Shown piece after piece: positions 26,948 to 38,400 of a stretch of 64,000 bases of DNA (its first letter is position 1; the number at the start of each line of letters is the position of its first letter). The notes beneath the pieces were generated by a model. That model was given only the letters and a program-made list of their open reading frames with translations, searched no databases and was not told the origin of the DNA. A program made the position numbers and the translations under genes. This DNA comes from a virus. Where the stretch lies: IMG/VR virus record IMGVR_UViG_3300046786_000331, positions 81,728-145,727 of that record; one strand, written 5' to 3'.

Positions 26948-27817
26948 ATGGACAATACTAATATGGATCAAACTCTTCTCAACCTAAACGATGCGCTAAA
27001 AGCTGTCATCGCAGCAAACTTCTCTTCTCAAGAAGTTACCAAATTCTTAGAATTCAACGCTAAAAAAGGCGGCGATAATTCTGGCAAGGGCATAATTTGG
27101 AGTGGGCAAGGCCACACCAAACAATTTGTTTATAACTCAAACCCCGATAGATTTTTTAGCTCTGAGTCAATTGATTTAGACAAAGACAAAAATATTTCTT
27201 TCGGTGGCACTAAAGTTCTTGACAGTAAGGAATTAGGATCAACTGTTACAAAAAGTAATCTACAACAAGTAGGTCGCTTAAAAGGTTTAATTGTTGATGG
27301 TTCTGTAAACATCAATCAGTATTTGATTTACAACGGTACGTCCGATCGTTTAGGTCTAGGAACAGATGCTCCCAACGCAGCATTTAGTGTTGCAGAGAAT
27401 GCCATTGAAGTAATGCTAGGCACTAGTGAAGATTTACACGGAATGGTTGGAACATTTGCTAGTACCGACTTTGACATTGTTACCGATAACACTCCTCGTA
27501 TTTCTGTTAAAGCAAATGGTAATATTGATTTAGGAAATCCAAATCGTAATCCTGTTCAAGTTAAGGTTAACGGTAAACTAAGTGTTGGCGTTACAAATCC
27601 TGATCCAGCTGTTGATTTGCATGTCGCCGGTGGTGTTCGTTTCAGCGGACGTCTACAAGTTTATGCAGAGTCAACTCCGACAGAAGGCAATTATATTGTC
27701 GGCGATATTATTTGGAATGCCAATCCAAGAGTCGGTAGCACAATCGGTTGGGTATGCCTACGAGCAGGAAGCCCAGGCGCTTGGTATCCTTTCGGCGAAA
27801 TCAAAGAAAGAGGTTAA
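26948..27817 (+). CDS. putative virion structural/fibre-like protein
   Basis: LGSTVTKSNLQQVG, RLGLGT..P, LHVAG fibre-type motifs; TAAATA 5 nt before ATG 26948. Confidence 0.6.
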   Translation: MDNTNMDQTLLNLNDALKAVIAANFSSQEVTKFLEFNAKKGGDNSGKGIIWSGQGHTKQFVYNSNPDRFFSSESIDLDKDKNISFGGTKVLDSKELGSTVTKSNLQQVGRLKGLIVDGSVNINQYLIYNGTSDRLGLGTDAPNAAFSVAENAIEVMLGTSEDLHGMVGTFASTDFDIVTDNTPRISVKANGNIDLGNPNRNPVQVKVNGKLSVGVTNPDPAVDLHVAGGVRFSGRLQVYAESTPTEGNYIVGDIIWNANPRVGSTIGWVCLRAGSPGAWYPFGEIKERG

Positions 27818-27820
27818 ACT

Positions 27821-28438
27821 ATGGGCAGCATTGCCCTAGCTATAGGTAACGGTGAAAGCCGTAGGAGCCTAGATCTTAATTCTATCAATAAAGAATTTAT
27901 AACTGTAGGGTGTAATGCCCTGCATCGTGATTTCATCCCTAATCATTTAGTGTGCTGTGATGCAAGGATGGTTAGAGAAGCTCTCGAGAATCCACTAACA
28001 GACAACTGTGAAATTCACGTAAGAGAAAACTGGCATCAGTACTTTAGAAAAATTCTTAAGAATAAGCACGTTAAACTTCTTCCGGAACTTCCGTATAAAG
28101 GAACACTTCGTCCCGACAATCACATACATTGGGGATCAGGACCATATGCTGTATTGATAGCCGCAATGCAAGAAGTTGATACTGTATATCTTGTGGGCTT
28201 TGATTTATATGGACGAAATAATCTTGTAAACAATGTCTACAAAGACACAGACAATTATCAAGGATCGCATACAGCCGCGGTGGATTACAGCTATTGGGTC
28301 TATCAAATTTCAAAAATATTTGATTGCTTTCCAAATAAAAAATTTATCGTTGTCAACCAAGAACTATGGAATTTGCCTGCAGAATGGCAAAAATCTAATA
28401 CAAGTGTTGTATTTTCGTTAAATACCCTGTATAATTAA
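27821..28438 (+). CDS. sialyltransferase/MptE-like Rossmann-fold protein
   Basis: IGNGESR, GCNAL, WGSG, VYLVGFD pattern. Confidence 0.55.
   Translation: MGSIALAIGNGESRRSLDLNSINKEFITVGCNALHRDFIPNHLVCCDARMVREALENPLTDNCEIHVRENWHQYFRKILKNKHVKLLPELPYKGTLRPDNHIHWGSGPYAVLIAAMQEVDTVYLVGFDLYGRNNLVNNVYKDTDNYQGSHTAAVDYSYWVYQISKIFDCFPNKKFIVVNQELWNLPAEWQKSNTSVVFSLNTLYN
28407..28435 (+). promoter_or_regulatory. sigma70-type promoter for queD, with an embedded TAAATA
   Basis: TTGTAT(28407)-17 nt-TATAAT(28430); TAAATA 28419-28424. Confidence 0.65.
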
Positions 28439-28443
28439 AAGCT

Positions 28444-28486
28444 AGAGGACTTAGACGCTCATCCCTCTTAAAAAATTCTGCGTGTC
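28444..28486 (+). promoter_or_regulatory. candidate preQ1-I-like riboswitch pseudoknot in the queD 5' leader
   Basis: P1 AGAGG/CCTCT, A-rich tail TAAAAAA, loop ACGC pairing with downstream GCGT; lies between the promoter and the queD SD. Confidence 0.55.
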
Positions 28487-28509
28487 ATTGCTAATCTTAG
28501 GAGATAACA

Positions 28510-29016
28510 ATGGCAAATCTACAACCAGTACTTTACAAGTACACATCAACAAAAGAATATCACGACGCCTTTCCTTGCGCTTATCGTCAATGGCGAGCTG
28601 ATAGTCACTGTAACTTAATTCACGGATACAGTTTTTCAATGAAGTTCTACTTTGGAACTAACGATCTAGATGTTCGTAACTGGGCTGCTGACTACGGCGG
28701 ACTCAAAGAACTCAAGAAAACATTAGAAGATCAATTTGATCATACCCTAATCGTTGCCGCAGACGATCCAGAAATGGAAACGTATAATCTTTTAGTAGAA
28801 AAGAAAATGGCAAAGGTCGTTGTATTACCTAAACTAGGATGTGAAGGTCTTAGCGATATGCTCTACAAGTATGTCAACGGAGTTTACATTCCTGAAATGT
28901 GGGGTCCAGGTGAAGCGGAAAGACTTTGGTGCTATCGCGTCGAAGTCCGTGAAACACAAAGCAATATGGCTTTCCGTGAAGGTCATCGTGAATGGAATGA
29001 AGACTTATTTGCATAA
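28510..29016 (+). CDS. queD: 6-carboxy-5,6,7,8-tetrahydropterin synthase (PTPS/QueD family)
   Basis: HCNLIHGY, DYGGLK, FDH, G-C-E, VEVRET; AGGAG SD. Confidence 0.85.
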   Translation: MANLQPVLYKYTSTKEYHDAFPCAYRQWRADSHCNLIHGYSFSMKFYFGTNDLDVRNWAADYGGLKELKKTLEDQFDHTLIVAADDPEMETYNLLVEKKMAKVVVLPKLGCEGLSDMLYKYVNGVYIPEMWGPGEAERLWCYRVEVRETQSNMAFREGHREWNEDLFA

Positions 29017-29709
29017 ATGGTAACAGTTCTTTGTGTAAGGTTTGGTACCAAGTACGGGCCCGAATATGTAGAAAAATTAAGGAACATGGTGTCCCGGCAC
29101 CTAACTGCTCCTTATGAATTTGTTTGTCTTACAGACGATCAACGTCCTATAGAAGGTGTACGAAGTATCATCTTACCTAATGCAGGATATGCTAAAGGCT
29201 GGTGGCACAAGGTTCACATGTTCGATCCAGGATTGGGGTTATCTGGTAGAATACTATATTTTGATCTAGATGTTATCATACACGACAATATCGATAAACT
29301 AGTTTCAAAAGAAGACAGTAACTTCTACGGTATTCGAGATTTCAACAGAAAGTTCAATCCAGGTTGGAATATCTTGAACAGTTCTGTAATGAGCTGGCCT
29401 GCGGGACTTCATACTGATATCTTTACAGTTTTTAAAACTAATCCAGCTAAAGCACAGAAGCTGCATGGTGATCAAGATTGGATATGGCAGGTTGCTAAAA
29501 ATAGAATAACATTTTGGCCAGATGCATGGATACAAAGCTATAAATGGGAAATCAGAGATCGTAGTGAACTTATCTATGCAAATGGTAAACGTGTTTTTAA
29601 ATTAGCAAAGAATCCTGTTATTCCTGCAAATTGTAGCATTGCAGTATTTCATGGAGATCCTAATCCTCATGAAATACAAGATCAATATGTGCTTGACAAT
29701 TGGAAGTAA
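29017..29709 (+). CDS. GT-A fold glycosyltransferase
   Basis: GTKYGPEYV, FVCLTD, WWHK, LYFDLD (DxD), NSSVM, GDQDWI, VFHGDPNP. Confidence 0.8.
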   Translation: MVTVLCVRFGTKYGPEYVEKLRNMVSRHLTAPYEFVCLTDDQRPIEGVRSIILPNAGYAKGWWHKVHMFDPGLGLSGRILYFDLDVIIHDNIDKLVSKEDSNFYGIRDFNRKFNPGWNILNSSVMSWPAGLHTDIFTVFKTNPAKAQKLHGDQDWIWQVAKNRITFWPDAWIQSYKWEIRDRSELIYANGKRVFKLAKNPVIPANCSIAVFHGDPNPHEIQDQYVLDNWK

Positions 29710-29721
29710 TGGTGCTATACT
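29693..29721 (+). promoter_or_regulatory. sigma70 promoter with extended -10, leaderless
   Basis: TTGACA-17 nt-TATACT with TGn; ATG 29728 lies 6 nt downstream. Confidence 0.8.
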
Positions 29722-29727
29722 AGCATC

Positions 29728-29919
29728 ATGACTAAGACATATACAATTGTTGTTGAAGAAGATCCGGTAACTGGAGATCTTGTACTTCCTTTTACTCCTG
29801 ACATGCTTGCACAAGTAGGTTGGGATTTTGGTGATACAATTGTCTGGACCGAATCTGATCACGGTTCTTTCATTCTTTCTAAGAAAGAAACTAATGACTC
29901 CGAAACAAAAGAGAGTTGA
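29728..29919 (+). CDS. AbrB/MazE-like small DNA-binding protein
   Basis: GDLVLPF..DML..VGW..GDTIVW swapped-hairpin pattern. Confidence 0.6.
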   Translation: MTKTYTIVVEEDPVTGDLVLPFTPDMLAQVGWDFGDTIVWTESDHGSFILSKKETNDSETKES

Positions 29920-30109
29920 GATTAAACGACTGTTGCATCTTCTAAACGAAGACAATCGTTACACGTTTAATCGCATGTATGCTCCAAATAATTTAGATCA
30001 AGATGTTGATTTAACGGTTGACAAGATGCCGGCAAAACAGTTATCATGGGCATTGCAACAATGTCAAAACTCCTACTACAGACTTTTTAAGGTTATTCAA
30101 AGTGCTTAA
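29894..30109 (+). CDS. hypothetical protein
   Basis: ORF from ATG 29894. Confidence 0.6.
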   Translation: MTPKQKRVEIKRLLHLLNEDNRYTFNRMYAPNNLDQDVDLTVDKMPAKQLSWALQQCQNSYYRLFKVIQSA

Positions 30110-31127
30110 ACGAATCGGCTTCGCCTGCAAACTTATCGACGGTCCTAGCCAAATTGATGGCATTAAGCAGACTGATAACTGCAAACAATATAATACCAAC
30201 ACCACAACTGTTGCCTGGTTAAATAGACAATCGCGGGCCGTTGCTGAAGAAAAGTTGTGGGACTTAATGAAACACAACATCGAAGCATGTCGCCTGCTTG
30301 TTAAAAAGGTAGGCACTTTTGATGAAAATCTTAGAATGGTACGACTCAGTAGCGATATACTTCCTGTTTTCACTCACAGTGATTGGGGGTTCTTTTATGG
30401 GCTACCCGATGTTAGAAGTTATTGCGAAAGAGAATTTAGAAAAGTGGGAGATTTGGCTCGCCAGAATAACGTTCGCCTCAGTTTTCATCCCGGTCAGTTT
30501 ACTGTGCTTGCATCTGCTAATCCAGGTATTGTAGATCGTAGCATTGAAGAATTTGAATATCATGCACTAATGGCTGCATGGATGGGCTACGGACAAACTT
30601 TCCAGGACCTTAAAATTAACGTGCATATTTCGGGCCAGCAAGGTCCTGACGGTATTCGTAAGGCATATCAACGCCTTAGCCCCGAAGCACGTAACACACT
30701 CACAATTGAAAATGAAGAAATTACACACAACCTTGAAACCTGTTTGGAACTTGCTGATCTCGTTCCAATTGTATTGGACATACACCATCACTGGATTAAC
30801 TCGGGGGAATATATTGACCCTACTGACGAACGTGTTCAACGGGTTATTGACAGTTGGCGCGGTGTGCGCCCTACTATTCATTACAGTGTATCTCGCGAAG
30901 ATGTACTCGTTAATCATGCCACTGGACTCCGTCCCGATCTTCCGACCCTCCTAACAGAAGGTCACAAGAAAGCAAAGCTCAGGGCACATTCAAACTTCTA
31001 TTGGAATACAGAAGTTAACAAATGGGCACTGAGCTTTAGGGAAGTTGCAGATATCATGTGCGAAAGCAAGGCTAAGAATCTAGCCAGTTTCGCACTCTAC
31101 GAAGAAGCTAAACTATTAGGCCTGTGA
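30102..31127 (+). CDS. uvsE: UV DNA damage endonuclease
   Basis: RIGFAC, RLSSDILP, RLSFHPGQF, INVH, LTIENEE, LDIHHH, HYS, RAHS, MCESKAK; start moved to GTG 30102. Confidence 0.92.
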   Translation: MLKRIGFACKLIDGPSQIDGIKQTDNCKQYNTNTTTVAWLNRQSRAVAEEKLWDLMKHNIEACRLLVKKVGTFDENLRMVRLSSDILPVFTHSDWGFFYGLPDVRSYCEREFRKVGDLARQNNVRLSFHPGQFTVLASANPGIVDRSIEEFEYHALMAAWMGYGQTFQDLKINVHISGQQGPDGIRKAYQRLSPEARNTLTIENEEITHNLETCLELADLVPIVLDIHHHWINSGEYIDPTDERVQRVIDSWRGVRPTIHYSVSREDVLVNHATGLRPDLPTLLTEGHKKAKLRAHSNFYWNTEVNKWALSFREVADIMCESKAKNLASFALYEEAKLLGL

Positions 31128-31400
31128 CTTAGGAGCTTTTGGCTTCTTAGGTGCAGCAGGCTTTTTCTGTGCTGGCTTCTTTTCACCGGCAGGCTTCTTA
31201 GCAAATTGTTGCTTTTTAGGTGCTGGTTTTTTCTTCTCTGGTGCTGTAGCAACAACAGGTGCAGGCGCAGCTTCTACAACTGGCGCTGGTTCTGCAACTG
31301 GAGCAGCTTCTACAACTGGTGCTACTTCAACTTTATATGGGGCTTCCGCAGTTTGTTCTGCTGGCTTACCGCCAAATAGTTTCTTTAAAAATCCGATCAT
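31116..31400 (-). CDS. Ala/Pro/Lys-rich low-complexity protein
   Basis: AAGGAG SD; amphipathic GFLKKLFG N-terminus, APVVEAAP repeats, KKPA repeats. Confidence 0.75.
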   Translation of the reverse strand: MIGFLKKLFGGKPAEQTAEAPYKVEVAPVVEAAPVAEPAPVVEAAPAPVVATAPEKKKPAPKKQQFAKKPAGEKKPAQKKPAAPKKPKAPKSQA

Positions 31401-31421
31401 ATCGAAATCTCCTTGTGGTTT

Positions 31422-31437
31422 TATTTATTAATAAATA
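31422..31437. promoter_or_regulatory. perfect 16-bp palindrome made of two back-to-back late-type promoters
   Basis: TATTTATTAATAAATA between divergent genes. Confidence 0.7.
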
Positions 31438-31442
31438 TCATC

Positions 31443-32063
31443 ATGATAATATCTTGCGGTCCTGAATCTGATAAAAGAACATTAACATTAGAACTTCCAA
31501 CAGAACCTAGCAAAATTGGTATATTTGTTAGTGGCGGCTTAGATAGTGCAATTTTGTATTATCTTTTAATGGAAGAAAATAAACGTCAAAATAACATTCA
31601 CGAAATTGTTCCGTTAACAGTATTGAGAAAAGAAGGATCCAAAAACTTCTCACAATTAGTTGTAGCACACGTTCAGAGTGCTTTTCATTATTCATACACA
31701 GAATCATTAAAAGTTGGGGACAATACATTACCCGAGCCTGAGCAAGTTAAATCAGGCGTACAGGAAGCATTTAAACTAGGTTTTAAGCGTGTTTATACAG
31801 GACTAATAGAACAACTATCAGAGCATATGATCGGCTGGGATAAGATACCCTACAACGAAAACGACTTCTTCAAAGCACCTATGAAGGATTTAAACAAAAG
31901 TCATGTAGTAGATCTTTGCTATTTGTTCAATCAAGAAACCTTATTCTACATTACGCATAGTTGTGCGGCTTGGGAAGTCAGTAGATGTTATAGCTGCAAT
32001 GGCTGTAACGAAAGACGTTGGGGTTTTGAGCAACTACTCAAAATAGATCCGGGTACTATTTAA
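31443..32063 (+). CDS. QueC-like PP-loop ATPase
   Basis: FVSGGLDSA, P..DLNKSHVV, THSC-x6-CYSCNGC.ER Zn site; start moved to ATG 31443. Confidence 0.75.
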   Translation: MIISCGPESDKRTLTLELPTEPSKIGIFVSGGLDSAILYYLLMEENKRQNNIHEIVPLTVLRKEGSKNFSQLVVAHVQSAFHYSYTESLKVGDNTLPEPEQVKSGVQEAFKLGFKRVYTGLIEQLSEHMIGWDKIPYNENDFFKAPMKDLNKSHVVDLCYLFNQETLFYITHSCAAWEVSRCYSCNGCNERRWGFEQLLKIDPGTI

Positions 32064-32347
32064 AACTTACCAACAGGTAGTTCTGTACTAGCGGGCATAT
32101 CCCAAATTTTCTTGCGCTCGACGCCTTTTCGTTGGGCAAATCTTTTAGCATCACAGTTTGAACAAACATGAAAATAGTTGTTGTTCAACCTTTTAGTTTG
32201 AATTTTTTTAAGTTCTCTTTCGAACAATTCATCGCAGTTATCACAACGAAACACAGCAATCGTTTTATTTCTAGTATAAGGATGCTCAACTCCAAGTTTA
32301 CTGATCCTAACGTGTTGAGTTTGCAGAGTTTTTGTTTTTAAGAACAT
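32060..32347 (-). CDS. small zinc-finger protein
   Basis: CDNC...HVCSNC; TAAATA 4 nt before ATG. Confidence 0.75.
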   Translation of the reverse strand: MFLKTKTLQTQHVRISKLGVEHPYTRNKTIAVFRCDNCDELFERELKKIQTKRLNNNYFHVCSNCDAKRFAQRKGVERKKIWDMPASTELPVGKF

Positions 32348-32417
32348 ATGTTATTTACATTAGGCTTATAAAATTTTTAGCTAAATACCATAGATATCCA
32401 AAAACATAGGATGAACT

Positions 32418-35400
32418 ATGGCAAGAAAAATAATTGACATCGGCGTTGTAGGTAACGACGGCACAGGCGACAGTATTCGCGATTCGTTTAGAAAAGTAAA
32501 CGACAACTTTAGAGAATTATATAGCTCTCTCGGCTTAGGTGAAAGACTAACATTCATCGGATTAGATGACGTTAAAGCCGATTCCGGCAGTCAGCCTTAC
32601 AGAGAGCTCGGCGGTTACTTAGGACAAGAAAATGCTATCTTGTCAGTTAACCCAGACGAAAGCGGTATTAAGTTTAAACAACTAATTCCAGGTTCTGGTA
32701 TTAACTTAGATTTTACTACTAACAACAACGAAATTAGAATTAGCTCAGAATTTTCTGAAGTTGTTGCAGACCCAAGCCCACAGCTAGGCGGCGATCTAAG
32801 TGTAAAGTCCGGTGGTGTTACACACCGAATTAAGGACATGGAAGAGTTTGGTATTCCTATCAAACCTATATTTGAACACGAAGCAGTTAATAAAAATTAC
32901 GCAGATACTAAGATTTCTCGTGCTGGCGTTGATGCTATTGATCCTAGAACAGGTGTGTCAAATCCTGCGTTCGGAACAATGTCTGGACCGTTGGTTCTAT
33001 CTAGAGATCCACAACCAGATGATGATGAAAAATATGATGGCTTAGTTGCTGCAACTAAACGATATGTTGACAACTCTGCGTTTGGTAGTAGCGTTAACTT
33101 GTATGTTGCTACATCAGGTGCTGATGATAGAGTTGGGGTTAGTTCTGCTTTACAAGGTCGTGCATTAGCTTATGCTTATCGCACAATTGAAGCCGCATGT
33201 AAACGAGCAGAAGAAATTATGCTTGAATCTCGTTTGGAGATCGGGCCATACAAGAAAGTATTAACTTACAATCAAGGTCAAGGCGAGTGTTCGTTAGACT
33301 TCATCGATATTGCTCCTGGTTCAGGTGGCGGATTCAGTGGAACTGTATTGATGAGTGTTGACACCATCACAGTTAGCAACGTAGGTGTTAACTACAGACC
33401 CGGAGACATTATTACTGTAGCCGGTGGCACTTATACACAACCTGCCACATACGAAGTTTTATCCATTACAGCAGCAGGCGGTGTTCTAACATTTAGACAA
33501 TTGAGTTCTGGTGTGTATACCGCACTACCTGGAAATACTGATGTATTAACAACTACCGACAGCGACTTTGGTGGATTAGGCGGCGGTGATGCTGTTGTAA
33601 AATTCAACATTACTTACAAAGTTAATAATGTTCAAATCAATTCCGGCGGTTCAGGTTACGGACTTGTATCTGTACGTATCGTCGGAGGTGGTGGTCAAGG
33701 AGCCTTTGGTACTGCTGATATCGTCGGCGGTAGCGTTATGGGAATTACAATCACTGACCAAGGTACAGGATTTACTAGTTTACCAAACGTTGTTGTAAAT
33801 CTTCCTCGCTTCTTAATTAAGACAGAAGGATATAAAACAGACTTTACAGGTGATTACTCTACATCAACTCCTTCGGCAATTAGAGGAAGAGACATTAGAG
33901 AAGGTTTGTATCTAAGAGGAGAAAGCTCAGGCGCTCTAGCACAAATCTTAGCGCACCAAGGAGCATTAGATAGCGACGGTAATGAAATATTTGATGTTGA
34001 TATCAAATACGGTTCTTTTATTATAGGCGAAGCAATTTCCTACGGTGATGTTACTAAGAACACACAAATTACAATTTTAGTTGAAAGCGGTATCTACGAA
34101 GAAAACTTACCATTACGTGTTCCTCAAAACGTATCTATCGTAGGTGATGAATTTAGACGTTGTATTATTCGTCCAAAGAACGGAGTTAGTTCAAGCCCAT
34201 GGGCATTCTTAAACTTCCGTAGAGATCTAACAATTGGACAAGAGAACTTAGATCAACTAGTTATTGCTGATAGATTGTTTGGATATCACTATCTAACAGA
34301 TAGCAGCACTCCTGTATATCCTATTGTAAACAACAAAGGCTATTATCGTGCTGCTGCTGAACTTCTTTCACTAAACAGACAGTTCATTCAGAAAGAAGTC
34401 ATTGGTTGGATCAACAGTGAAATTATAAATCAAAATTCACCGTTCACAAGTTCATTCTTATATAATCAAGAATTATGTGAAAGAGACGTTGGTTTAATTA
34501 TTGACGCTATGGTCTTTGACTTAAAGTGGGGCGGTTCAAACAGAACTATTTCTGCTGCATTAAAATACTATGGCAGTGCTAGTGGTTTAATTGCTATTGG
34601 AACTGGACAGCTAAGTCAAACAATTGCAGGAATTAACCGTATTGGAACACTAGCACAATTAGTGATTAGAAACGTTCCTATTACTGAAACCTACAATACT
34701 ACAATTACTCAAATTGTTGATAATGCTTATGTTGCAGAAACCGGATCCGGTGGAGTTTCATTCAGTATTGGAAGTGCTACTAATGCCAATCCAGTTGTTG
34801 TTACAACAACATCTGCACACGGACTAACAAACGGTAGTCAAGTTTTAATTAGTGATGTTAGTGGCATGGAAGAAATTAACGGTAATGATTTCTACGTAAG
34901 CCTTATTGATTCAACATCATTCTATCTCTATAACGATCCTGCACTAAGTGATTCCGTTGATGGTACCGATTACGGAATTTACACTTCTGGTGGTAATGCT
35001 ACAAACACCGGCGGAGTGATCGGTGCATTAATTAATGTTATTGTTGATGTTATTGATAACTCAGGAAGTGTAAACTATCCTAAAGACAACGACAGAATGG
35101 ACGTTCTTTTATGTAACGATTCTGTTCGTGTACAATCTATTACATTCCAAGGGCATGGCGGATTTGCTATGGTACTTGATCCAGAAGGACAAATCCTTGC
35201 AAAATCTCCTTATGCACAAGAATGTGCCAGCTTTACAAAGAGTAACGGAGAACAAAGATTTGCTGGTGGACAATATGTTGACGGATTTACAGGAAACTTA
35301 AAATTTAAGATTCTCAGCAAAGACAGCAATACATTCTTGCGTGTTGGTGAATTAAATCGTATGCCGCAATTGCCGGCTTCGTTTATTGTTGAAGATACAG

Positions 35401-38400
35401 TTTATAGAATTAACTATGTTAGAGATTATACTTTCAACACAGCAGGTTCTACTGCGTCTTTTGTTTTAGATGAATCAACACCTTGGCCCTTTGGAGTATT
35501 CACTTATGACAGTGATATTTGCTCTAGAGACGTTGGATTGATCCTTGATGGTCTAGGGTACGACATTGTATTAGGAACTAACTATCACGCAAGAAAAGCA
35601 GGTCTAAGTTATAGACAAGCCAATGCTGCTGTAGTTATTAGCGATCAATTAGATCTAACTATACGAGCTATCGAATATGCACACGATCTTGCTTATGCAG
35701 CAATTTCGTCATATCCAGCTGCACAGCCTACAGTATTAACAAGTAAAAATGCAATAGCATCAATTGTGCAGAACGGTTCAACATTTGCACCGAATCTGTT
35801 GTTTACATTGCCTAGTGGATTATCGGCAAACGTAACCAATGCTAAAATTCTTTTAGAATCTAACATTGATTTTATCAAAGACGAAACAGTTGGATACATT
35901 ACTTCAACTTACCCGTCGTTAACATATACTGTTGATACATGTGCTAGAGATGTTCAATACATTATTGAAGCATTAATTTATGATTTAATCTATGGCGGTA
36001 ATAGTGAAACACGAAAGGCAGGTATCAAGTATTATGATGCTGTAGGTTCTGTTGAATCTCTACAGATACCTGTAGGACAATTAACCGAAACAGTAGATGG
36101 TATTAATTATGCCAACTATCTAGCCAAGAGAGTTATTCAAAACCTAGCACCTGCAACAACATATTCTTCAACAGTAAGAACTAGCGGAACTCCAGCTAGT
36201 GGTGCTGAAGTAACTATTGTTGATACTTTATTAACCAATGTTGCTGCTATTATTTCTGGCGGAACTGGTGCTGCTGCCGCAGAAACACTTCCTAGCTTAA
36301 CTGGATATCTAACAACATTAACTAATGCTAGAGATGAATTAGTATCGAGTACAGCATCTATACAGTCTGGTACTATAAACTTTGTAGACGAAAATGCAAA
36401 CGTTTTTGAAGTATTAATGCCTGGTAATAGATCTATGTTGAGCAATGACTACACACAGATCAACGACTTAGGTTATGGTATCGTTGTTAATAACGGTGGT
36501 TTGGCAGAATGTGTAAGTATGTTCACGTACTATTGCCATATTTCATATTACTCAATCGGTGGTGGACAAATTCGTTCAGTTGGCGGTTCTAGCTCGCATG
36601 GTAACTATGCTTTAGTTGCTGAAGGCGCTGACCCATTAGAAGTTCCAACTCCAGTTACACTCTACTACGATCTAGCTCAGGGCGCAGAATGTTATTACCC
36701 ATCGGGTGCATTTGCTAACGCTGTTGCTGGTTTGGAAATTTACATTACAAATTACGATTATGTTCCACTAGAGAGCAGTGAGCTTGAAGTTGATCATGGA
36801 CTTGGATCAATCTATAGATATCCAATCACTTCTGTATCAACTGCTGGATTACCAGCAGGTGTTGCTAGATTAGGACTAGGCAGCAGTGAAGGAACAGGAG
36901 TTGATGGTTTGGCGGCTGTAGTCGCAGACGGAACAGTTTTAACCATTAGACAAAACGCACAGGTTGTATTAACAGGTAACGTTGTTGAAGTAGCTGTTCG
37001 TCCAAGTACTGGTTTGGTATTAAGAGAAAGTTCAGACGTTTATCGTATCTTACAATTTGAAGCATTTGAAGACCCAGCGGGTGCAAATGTATTCACAGTG
37101 TCTATTGCTAACCCCGGAGTCATTACAAATGTTGGTCATGGATTACAACCTGGTTATCAGATTAAATTATCAACTACAGGTTCATTGCCAACAGGATTAG
37201 ATACGCTAGCAACTTACTACGTATTGTCAGATGGCTGGACTGCTAATTCTTTCAGGATTGGTGTTAACAAACGAGGTCCTGCGATTGTAACAACCGGTTC
37301 ACAATCAGGTGTTCATAGCTATACTGTTGAAGGGCTTGCTCGTACTACAATGCGAGAAAACTACAACTATGTAGACATGTCAATCTATCCGCAGCAGCCT
37401 TTCGATGCTACAGAACGTGTTTGCACAGTTAGTATTGCAAGTCCGGGAGTTGTAAATTTATCAAGTCATGGATTTATTGCAGGGGATGTTATTAGATTTA
37501 CATCTACTGGTTCTTTACCTGTTGGATTAAGTACTACTAGACATTATTTTGTTAAGAATGTTTTAAGTCCTAGCACATTCACTGTAACCGATACTGCAAC
37601 ATCAACTTCTACAGAAGTTGCAACTTCTGGAACACAATCCGGTATACACAAGGTTGGAAAGGTTCTTGGAGCAGCAGGTAGCACAACATTTGCTATTACA
37701 GGTTTAGGTACATCAGAAGCTGACAGAGTTTTAAATTCTAAATTTGTTTGGAAGGGCCAAGAATACATTGTTCAAAGTTATAGCAGTGAATTAGTGACTG
37801 GAGAGCCATATGCTACAGTAACAGTAAGTCCTGCACTTAACGACAGCGTAGTATATTGGACATCATTACCAACACTGAAATCAGCTGTAGCTAAAGATGA
37901 ACCAGGTACACTAACAATTCGTATTTCGTTAACTCGTGTTACATCACATGACTTGTTAGAGATTGGTACCGGATCATATGCTGACACCAACTATCCTAAC
38001 GAAATTTATGGACAGTCTGTAAACCCATTAAATGATGCTAACGAAACAGAAGAACGTGGAGTAGGTCGTGTATTCTATGTTACCACAGACCAATTTGGTA
38101 ACTTTAGCGTTGGACCATATTTCCGAGTAGACCAAGGTACAGGTACTGTTACATTTGCTGCTGCGATTGCTCTAAGTAACTTAGACGGTATTGGTTTCAA
38201 ACGTGGTGTTCCAGTTAGTGAGTTTTCCACAGACTCTGCAATGTCAGATAACGCAACTGACACAGTTCCTACAGAAAACGCAACTAGAGGTTATATAGAA
38301 CGTAGATTAGGTATTACACATAATGGTTCTGTTGTTAGTGCAGGAACATTAATTCCTCCAATTTCAGGAGGATTCTTAGCCCTAGACGGACAGTTGGCTA

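Noticed and set aside
31267-31319. 17-nt direct repeat GCAGCTTCTACAACTGG
   Set aside because: Explained by the APVVEAAP peptide repeat in a low-complexity protein
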